Positions 52,557-61,445 of a stretch of 64,000 bases of DNA are shown one piece after another. The stretch spans positions 95,542,001-95,606,000 of the forward strand of contig OX597824.1 in NCBI GenBank assembly GCA_951406725.2, given 5' to 3'. The DNA comes from Octopus vulgaris. Its lineage: Eukaryota. Positions within the stretch are counted from its first letter, which is position 1. Every line of letters begins with the position of its first letter. The position numbers and the translations under genes are program-made. The notes beneath the pieces were generated by a model, which saw nothing but the letters and a program-made list of their open reading frames with translations, did not search any database and had not been told where the DNA came from.

Positions 52557-54384
52557 AAGTGTGCAGATTTGTATGTTTTGCTCCACGTATGCAATCTCAT
52601 GCATACAGTTGCATATCTAGACATGATAAACTTATACGTATGTATGTATATATATGTGTGTGTGTGTGTGTATAGGGGATACCCTTGTCTTGACATCATG
52701 TCATGAATGTAAACAAGCTGGCGATTAGCATCCGTTGTTTCATCGAAGCGAAAGTGAGAGGATAATCCACCGAATGCTATCCTTTACACACGCACACACA
52801 TATAAAGGCAGGCATTTTCTTCATAGCTTTCATATAATATTTCGAAAATACATCCAAGCAGCAAATATTTCCAAAAGAAAAGCTGGCTCGGATCACCAAC
52901 GGAATGAGAGGAAACGTGGAACTCAAAGAATTGCAATTACGAGTCTTTCAGTTAATTACTGAAGAATTCTCTACGCGTTTATGTATTGACTATTGTAATT
53001 TACCGATTCTTGGTTAATCAAGAGAAATATAACCAAGTGCAAATGGTTTGCATTTGCAACAGCCTATAGGGTTGACTTGGAGGAACCACACCAATGTAAT
53101 CTGTCGTAATTCTACACGAAAACCAATTCTTCAGCAGTGTCCCACATTCTGACAGAATTACGGGACTCTTTGACGATGGTAACAGGTTAGCGACTGACAG
53201 CTGTGAACCAATATTATCTGATTAATGGATTATTGGCAAATGGGGGCTTCATTATCCCGAGCACGGCAATTATAACTCCCCTCCACACACATCATGAGTG
53301 AAAAGCATCATCTGATAGTATTTTTATGGAGTCGATATTCCATCTGATCATAGGACACTTTCCGCAGAAAGAACAAATAAAATTACAGTAGACGAATAAG
53401 CCAGCTTATAATCTTCACATTCTTCCTTTTGTCAGCTTCCGTGGCTGATAATAACTGATCGAAGCTGAATGATTATTGTATCAAAACAAAGAGGAATAAC
53501 AGCTTCAAACAGACATCCACTTCATCTCACACCACAACAAACATTTGCTTTCGGTTTCTCTTCCCAGATGCAAAATGTTAATAGAATGCAGTCGATAGAA
53601 ATTAAGTCTGATATGTAAAAGACACCCCTACATCTAACTGGGGGGAAATAGAAGGCGAATCTACCTTAGATCACACCCTTACTGCCTTATAGAAATATAC
53701 AAGGTAGTCCTACATAACTCTGAATAGACGGACTGGTCATGACTGGGATGCCTTTAAGCATAGGTCTGGTTAAACAACAAAGAAGAAATATAATAAAGCC
53801 TTGATTGATCCATAGTATTTACACGGGCAACCACGGATTTGTAGAATGATAATCTACAAATATCATTCAGAGTGTATAGACATAAAGAAACTACAAGAAA
53901 TTCGCCCAAATTCCGAAGTAAACCATCCTAAATGAATACCTCTGCATGAATTATTTCGTTCATGCATAATTTATATCCATTATTTGTTTAATTTTCTGGT
54001 GTCTTTGTAAAACTGTGTTTATAATGAATAGGTTAATAAACCAAATATATATATATAAATCAACTTGCAAAGCTTTTGTAGATATAGCTAACATCACACA
54101 GCATAATATGCTTCCTTATTTTAGGGGGATTTCAATGATCAGATATTTAAAGGGAGAAAACGAAACTTCGATAATAAAAACTAAGAAAAAAAAACCTTAT
54201 ACAATGGGATGTTTACTATGGAGAGAACAGATTGTTGTTTTGTGAGGAAGTATCCTCCTCTTTCGAAAGAGATATGTTAGAAGGAAGTTGATGGATTGAC
54301 AACAATGTTGTGAAGGGGAGGAGATATTTCGTTTAATAATAGAGATCAATATTATTGTGAATATGTTAATAATATATATATATA

Positions 54385-54523
54385 TACATATTAGAAGGAA
54401 ACAGCTGTGTGGACACAATCATGCTAGAAATAGATCCGCTATGGTCTTACCACTAATAAATTATCATAGCGGATCTATTTCTAGCATAAGGGTGTCCACA
54501 TAGTGGTTTCCCTCTAATATGTA
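54385..54523. repeat. Hairpin/palindrome, ~59-bp arms, 21-nt loop (MITE-like or pre-miRNA-like)
   Basis: Perfect 23-bp inner stem 54421-54443 / 54465-54487; outer stem with ~7 mismatches; TA at both ends. Confidence 0.85.
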
Positions 54524-54773
54524 TTTAATACAATTTTACTGAACCTTCAGTTTTTTTTATATGCTAGACCACTGGTGTGAAATCGATGTTAATTAAATTA
54601 ATATCTAATTTCTCACCCTCATTTTAAATTTAAATATATATATATATATAAACACACACAGATGTATGGAAAGAGGGTGTGTCAGAGAGAGAGACAGAGA
54701 GAGAGAAGCTGCTAAGCGTATGGCTACAAAATGCCTCGTATTATTGTAGAATAAATAAATAATGAGGTCCCAC

Positions 54774-54868
54774 CTTTCGTTATCTGCAAGATTTTTCTCC
54801 CGCAAAGATCTGTCTATCCGTTCGATATGTGTCCGACATGCCTTAATTCCTTTCTCGACAGCTTCGAT
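54774..54868 (-). CDS. CCDC167: CCDC167 exon 2
   Basis: TTCTTCAG acceptor 54869-54871, GTGGGA donor 54773; 95 nt, IEAVEKGIKACRTHIERIDRSLREKNLADNE(R); human [32 protein letters not shown]. Confidence 0.88.
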
Positions 54869-54979
54869 CTGAAGAACGACGAAAGATCATAGATTATAGA
54901 TCACATCAAATCACCCCAAACATAACAAAGATGCTAATATACATCACAAACGAGGGTTTGAAGAAAAAGCTGTACTTGC

Positions 54980-55000
54980 CTGACCAAAGATGCTGGGCAT
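54980..55000 (-). CDS. CCDC167: CCDC167 coding exon 1 (MPSIFGQ) with GC donor
   Basis: CAATATG start with upstream in-frame TGA; CAG|GCAAGT donor gives the required phase 0; spliced CDS 21+95+53+107 nt = 91 aa. Confidence 0.72.
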
Positions 55001-55739
55001 ATTGATGACATAACACGTGTCAAGCACTCAAAGTCGACTTCCGTTTTTGAAGCTAATTAAAATATTAAATTTCCCACTATTTTCACAAAAATACCTTTGA
55101 TTATTCTTTTCCGTATTTTTAATTAATTATGGAGACTCGATATCAATACTTAAATCAATTAATGTCGCATATGTAAAACGCTTAATTATTGAATCTATTT
55201 CGCACGCGCGCACTGATTCATGCATAATCAGTCTTTTGAGGCAAATAAATGGGGAACCTGCTTTCTGGTAAACAGGCAATCAAATATGAATGATATACGA
55301 TCGATTTTGAGTCGATTTCGACGGTGATCATCCCAGCTGTTCGATGACAGAATTACATAGTCATTGTATCATATTACAGGTGGCTGTGTATTCCATAGAC
55401 ACTTGTATACTTAATGTAATATTAAGGTGTTAATGGAATCATGTGACAGGATTCCCCAGAGTTTCCTATTCAGCTGTATTTGTTCGCGAGGCCTCGGTCG
55501 ACCTGAATCTTTAGCAGGAGACATTAGCACAAAGTGCCGCGTGAAGGGACCGAATTCTAGGCCCCAAAATTGCAAAGTAAACGTCTTAATCATTTACATG
55601 AATTGATATATATATGTATTAATTAAATAAGTTAGTGGGTACTTGTCAATTGTCGTGGTCCCGGTTTTGCACACGCGAATTTGCGCGTGCGCGCGCGCCA
55701 GACGTAGGTACTCGATACTCGAGATCCTACGAGGTGACT

Positions 55740-55751
55740 TGCGCATGCGCA
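55740..55751. promoter_or_regulatory. NRF1/EWG consensus palindrome TGCGCATGCGCA in TIR (mirror copy 58426-58437)
   Basis: Exact 12-bp consensus within a CpG-dense subterminal block; function not shown. Confidence 0.45.
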
Positions 55752-56130
55752 GTGCAGAATTCGCGCGTGCGCGTTAAACCCCCCCCCCTAAAAAAAAAGG
55801 TGTTGGATTTCACTAAAAATATATATGTGTGTGTGTGTATATAACATTTTCAATTTTACACAAAAAAATTACATAGTCGCTTTCCTCGCGGATTTACAGA
55901 AAAATGAATTAATTACTATTTTACAGAATAAAATTAATGAATTAATTATATAAATTAAATAATTCTTGAAAATTAATTAATATTAATAATATTTTTTGAA
56001 CAAAGTAAATAATTTATAAAACTTGGTTAATAATTTTTTTTACACAAACGCGAACGTATATAATTTGTGAAACTTTTTTTTTTTTACAGACGTATATAAT
56101 TTGGTAAACTTAATGAATTAATTTCTTCTC

Positions 56131-56552
56131 ATCATCATCATCGTTTAACGTCCGTTCTCCATGCCAGCATGGGTTGGACGGTTCGACCGGGGATCTGGGA
56201 AGCCAGAAGGCTGCACCAGACTCCAGTCTTATCTGGCAATGTTTCTACAGCTGGATGCCCTTCCTAACGCCAACCACTCCGAGAGTGTAGTGGGTGCTTT
56301 TTACATGCCACCCGCACAGGTGCCAGGCGAGGCTGGCAACGGCCACGGTCGGATTGGTGCCAGTCGAGGCGGCTCTGGCATCGGCCACGATTCGGATAGT
56401 GCTTTTTACGTACCACCAGTCCAGGGGTCCTGGCATTTGCCGGGTGCCACACTTGCCCCAACATGTCTTCGCAAGCAAAGGGGGTTGGCATGGGTGCCTG
56501 TCGTGGGATGAGGTTCGATATCAACTTCGCTTGCCTCAACAGGTCTTTGTGT
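56131..56552 (-). mobile_element. RTE 3'-end fragment inside left TIR (mirror copy ~57627-58049 on +)
   Basis: Same 3' UTR and (GAT)n tail as the RTE at 27640-28100. Confidence 0.88.
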
Positions 56553-56988
56553 ATAAATGTATAAATTTTTCGCACTAAATTCTTTCCGTAGAATTTATCA
56601 AAAAACGCGCAAAATTATTCCGTAGACTTTATCAAATTAAAAAAACGCAAAATTAATATATTTTTTGAAATTGCAAATTATTTAGAATATAAAACAAATT
56701 AAGTTAAATTTTAAAAATAAATGTCATATACTTATACTCTGTAAGGTGCTGTGTTCACACTTCAATTTACTATTTTCTAGAAATGTTGCTTTTCTAATTG
56801 AAACAATTTTTCTCAATCTCCATTTAAAAGTCCATAATGCCTCTTGAGCCATATCAAAATGAACAACTTTGAATTACCCGGTGGTGGTGGTGGTGTGAGG
56901 TTCTAATTTTTTTTCTGATCTCTCTTTGCCCCCCCCCTAGATGGAGGTGTGGTGGGGAGACAGATGAAAGATGTTTCATTCTCTACTA

Positions 56989-57041
<53 letters not shown>

Positions 57042-57164
57042 CTTAAACCTACACGATATAGTCTATAAATTTGGGATGTTTTTGAAAGATAATATATTTT
57101 GTCATCAGAATATATATACTTTCTCACACTACAATTAAGATATATTTATTTTAAATCGTTCATC

Positions 57165-57197
57165 TTTTCCCGCGACAACAAAAATTGGGCGCGAAAA
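57165..57197. promoter_or_regulatory. Inverted pair of E2F-type sites in the foldback spacer
   Basis: TTTTCCCGCG 57165-57174 and GGGCGCGAAAA 57187-57197 (both fit TTTSSCGC). Confidence 0.35.
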
Positions 57198-58817
57198 TTT
57201 TTCTAAATATTAGCTGAATGAACAACTGAGATAAAGAGGGGGCAAAGAGAGATCAGAAAAAAAATTAGAACCTCACACCACCACCACCACCACCACCACC
57301 GGGTAATTCAAAGTTGTTCATTTTGATATGGCTCAAGAGGCATTATGGACTTTTAAATGGAGATTGAGAAAAATTGTTTCAATTAGAAAAGCAACATTTC
57401 TAGAAAATAGTAAATTGAAGTGTGAACACAGCACCTTACAGAGTATAAGTATATGACATTTATTTTTAAAATTTAACTTAATTTGTTTTATATTCTAAAT
57501 AATTTGCAATTTCAAAAAATATATTAATATTGCGTTTTTTAATTTGATAAAGTCTACGGAATAATTTTGCGCGTTTTTTGATAAATTCTACGGAAAGAAT
57601 TTAGTGCGAAAAATTTATACATTTATACACAAAGACCTGTTGAGGCAAGCGAAGTTGATATCGAACCTCATCCCACGACAGGCACCCATGCCAACCCCCT
57701 TTGCTTGCGAAGACATGTTGGGGCAAGTGTGGCACCCGGCAAATGCCAGGACCCCTGGACTGGTGGTACGTAAAAAGCACTATCCGAATCGTGGCCGATG
57801 CCAGAGCCGCCTTGACTGGCACCAATCCGACCGTGGCCGTTGCCAGCCTCGCCTGGCACCTGTGCGGGTGGCATGTAAAAAGCACCCACTACACTCTCGG
57901 AGTGGTTGGCGTTAGGAAGGGCATCCAGCTGTAGAAACATTGCCAGATAAGACTGGAGTCTGGTGCAGCCTTCTGGCTTCCCAGATCCCCGGTCGAACCG
58001 TCCAACCCATGCTGGCATGGAGAACGGACGTTAAACGATGATGATGATGAGAAGAAATTAATTCATTAAGTTTACCAAATTATATACGTCTGTAAAAAAA
58101 AAAAGTTTCACAAATTATATACGTTCGCGTTTGTGTAAAAAAAATTATTAACCAAGTTTTATAAATTATTTACTTTGTTCAAAAAATATTATTAATATTA
58201 ATTAATTTTCAAGAATTATTTAATTTATATAATTAATTCATTAATTTTATTCTGTAAAATAGTAATTAATTCATTTTTCTGTAAATCCGCGAGGAAAGCG
58301 ACTATGTAATTTTTTTGTGTAAAATTGAAAATGTTATATACACACACACACATATATATTTTTAGTGAAATCCAACACCTTTTTTTTAGGGGGGGGGGTT
58401 TAACGCGCACGCGCGAATTCTGCACTGCGCATGCGCAAGTCACCTCGTAGGATCTCGAGTATCGAGTACCTACGTCTGACGCGCGCGCGCGCGCGAATTC
58501 GCGTGTGCAAAACCGGGACCACGACAATTGACAAGTACCAAGTTAGTGTTAGCAAATTTAATACATGAATTGATATTCAACTACACAACCACACATCATT
58601 GGTTTCCGTGTAGGCATAGTTTAGATCCTAGATCTGAAATACAGCATTTTCCTCTGTTAATTTAATTCTCGGGTCTCAACGTTTCTTAACCTAATTCAGT
58701 CACTTCTCAACCCTTCCTTGGTCTCCCACCCAACAACATGTAGCATTCATGCACACCAAACACTCACTCCAGTGTAGTCGTTTCTCCCACATATATCAGC
58801 AGCTCATATCTAAATCA

Positions 58818-59488
58818 TAGCATACCTACATATGTGCCTTCCACTCGACTTTGTTTCCTCATAACTTTTAGAAAAATGGATATTTTTCAATGAAATTTGT
58901 CAGAAATATGCTTCAGATGGTGTAGATTCCGATTTTATCAGAATTTGTTATGAAGAATTTTTTCCATTAGTGGGGAGAGGAGTTTCTAAGAATTCGCACG
59001 AGTCAGCTTTATTTCCTCATAACTTTAAGAAAAATGAGTATTTTTTAATGAAATTTTCTACAAATACTTTTCAGAGTGTGTAGATTACGCTTATATCGAA
59101 ATTTAATGTGCAGAAAAAAAAGGCTGGTACGCAAACACCACAATTCTTTTCGAAATTTCAAGTTTCATTAGATAGACAAATATCTGTATGTATGTGTGCG
59201 AGTCTATCATTTTTTTTTTCACATTAAATTAAATTAATCGCAATCTACACATTCTGAATGATATTTGTAGAAAATTTCATTAAAAAAAAATCCCAGTTTT
59301 TCTTAAAGTTACAAGGAAACAATTGAAACTCTTCTCCTGGAAAAAGATTTTCACAAGAAATTCCAATATAATCGGAATGTACATGACCTGAAGCATATTT
59401 GTAGAAAATTTCACTAAAAAATATCTATTTTTCTGAAAGTTGTGAGGAAACAAAATCGGTGGGAGTGCACATTTGTGTAGGTATGCCA
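58818..59488. mobile_element. Older degenerate foldback/MITE with modular inverted arms
   Basis: TAGCATACCTACA / TGTAGGTATGCCA ends; 58818-58965 pairs with 59339-59488 and 59012-59110 with 59220-59320; 7-bp direct repeat TAAATCA at 58811-58817 and 59489-59495. Confidence 0.8.
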
Positions 59489-61299
59489 TAAATCACCTTT
59501 AATTTACTATCCCTAGACTTTGCTTGTGCATTCCTTTAAAATTTATTAATTTCATCACACATATATCACCTTTGTTTTTATTATCATTATCATCTTATAA
59601 TTTATCAAGCAGGAATGGCTGTGTGGTAAATAGCTTGCTTACGAACCACATGGTTCCGGGTTCAGTCCCACTGCGTGGCACCTTAGGCAAGTGTCTTCTA
59701 CTATAGCCTTGGGCCGACCAAAGCCTTGTGAGTGGATTTAGTAAGCAGAAACTGAAAGAAGCCCGTTGTACATATGTATGTGCGTCTGTGTTTACATCCC
59801 CATAACTTAGTGGTTTGGCAAAAGAGACTGATAGAATAAATACTAGGCTTACAAAGAATGAGTCCTGGGGTCGATTTGCTTGACTAAAGGCGGTGCTCCA
59901 GCATGGCCGCAGTCAAATGACTGAAACAAGTAAAAGATTAAGCACTTTCTTTTTTTCTTTATTCCTAAAATCTTCTCCTAGCCTTGAATCCTGTATGGGA
60001 GAATCATCTCAGAAGATACATAACACCAACAGCTACAGACACGGGTATTTCCTCTAGGAGTCCAGGACACTCCAGATTGCAAATAAACAAATCTAGGGGA
60101 GAAGGAACTTGGAATAAAGAACATAATCTCTTCACTGTTAATCCATTTCCTTTCTTACTAAAGGCACAAGGCCTGGAATTTTGGAGGAGATTACACTGAC
60201 CCCATTGCTCAACTGGTATTTATTTTATTGACTCTGAAAGGATGAAAGGCAAAGTCAATCGTTGTGGAATTTGAACTCAGAACATAAAGACAAGCCAAAT
60301 GCTGCTAAGCATTTCAACCAGTTTGCTAACGATTCTTATTTCTTTATTGCCCACAAGGGGCTATACACAGAGGGGACAAATGGATTAAGAGTTGATTATA
60401 TCAAGCCCAATGCGTAACTGGTATTTATTTAATCGACCCCGAAAGGGTGAAAGGCAAAGTCGACCTCTGCGGAATTTGAACTCAGAACATAGCGACAGAT
60501 GAAATACCGCTAAGCATTTCGGCCGGCGTGCAAACAATTCTGCCATCTCACTGCCTTCCCGTTGCTGTTAATATCACAATAAAATATAGCCATTTGGGTT
60601 AAGGAAGTGGCCTTTATGTTGTCACTTGAACTGCTAGATATAGCAGTTAAATATCCCTCAAATCATGCTATATTGGCTTAAGACATGTTAGAAATATGAT
60701 TCTGGGTTTCCCTGCTGATGAGAGGTCATGGCTGGAATGTCTTTGAAGTGTTGAATTAAGGCTGATGTGGGGCTGAACAACAACCAAATAACCACGGTCC
60801 TTTATTTACCGATCACCATCATCTTTATTTAAAATCCATTTTCCTTGCTTGCATGGATCTGATAGAATTTATTGAAGCAGATTTTCTATGGCCAGATGCC
60901 CTTCTTGTCACCAACCTTTACCTGTTTCCAAGCAAGGTGGTACTTCTTCGTGGCCAGAAATGATTTCTATGGAAAACAGGAAACCAACAACATCACTTTT
61001 ATGATGATGATGCCCACTTACAACCATCAGGTGATGCCAAGACCAGGGTTCACACAATTACACACACATATGATGGGCTTCTTTCAGTTTCCATCTACCA
61101 AATCCACTTAAGACTTTGGTTGGCTTGGCTTCATACTTGCTCAAGGGTTACTCAGTAGGGCTGAATTCAAGATGAGAAGCAAGCTTTTGGTTTAAGTTTA
61201 AACATTATAAGGCAAAGATTGTGAAAAACATGTGAAACTTGCAAAAAATGTAGTAAAAAAAAAAGAAGAAAATGAATCAAAACATAACAATTACAAACA

Positions 61300-61445
61300 T
61301 TAATCATCGTTAGTTTTTATTTGTGAAAGGAAACGTTCATTTTTTATGTGAGTCTTTTTACGCTTTTTCTTTAGATATGCTTCGACTTTGCCTTTTTCTT
61401 TTAATTCTCGATACTTTTGAGCAATCTGGAGCAATTTCTTGTCAG
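61300..61445 (-). CDS. RRP36: Ribosomal RNA processing protein 36, terminal exon
   Basis: Pyrimidine tract + CAG 61446-61448; (S)DKKLLQIAQKYRELKEKGKVEAYLKKKRKKTHIKNERFLSQIKTNDD*; human SEQRQLALAEKFKELKRSKKLENFLSRKRRRNAGKDRRHL. Confidence 0.88.

Larger units (their letters stand above)
55638..58539. mobile_element. Non-autonomous foldback / Mutator-like DNA transposon with ~1.3-kb TIRs
   Basis: Ends GGTACTTGTCAATTGTCGTGG / CCACGACAATTGACAAGTACC; arms 55638-~56933 and ~57238-58539 are near-identical; perfect 9-bp TSD AAGTTAGTG at 55629-55637 and 58540-58548. Confidence 0.92.

Noticed and set aside
54865-54895. CTGAAGA-ACGAC-GAAA-GATC hammerhead-like string
   Set aside because: No stem II and a weak stem I; explained as the reverse complement of the CCDC167 exon 2 acceptor tract.
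57328-57456. Short ORF MAQEALWTFKWRLRKIVSIRKATFLEN... in the inner arm
   Set aside because: Only a vague resemblance to Tc1/mariner C-termini; too short to support.
56161-58018. Mirror-image ORF sets of 77-116 aa in the foldback arms
   Set aside because: They are frames across the non-coding RTE 3' UTR, duplicated by the inverted repeat; no transposase motifs.
55638-58539. Assembly or chimeric-read artefact as explanation for the large inverted repeat
   Set aside because: An exact 9-bp TSD, distinct flanks, a unique spacer and several arm-specific substitutions favour a real element; long reads would settle it.
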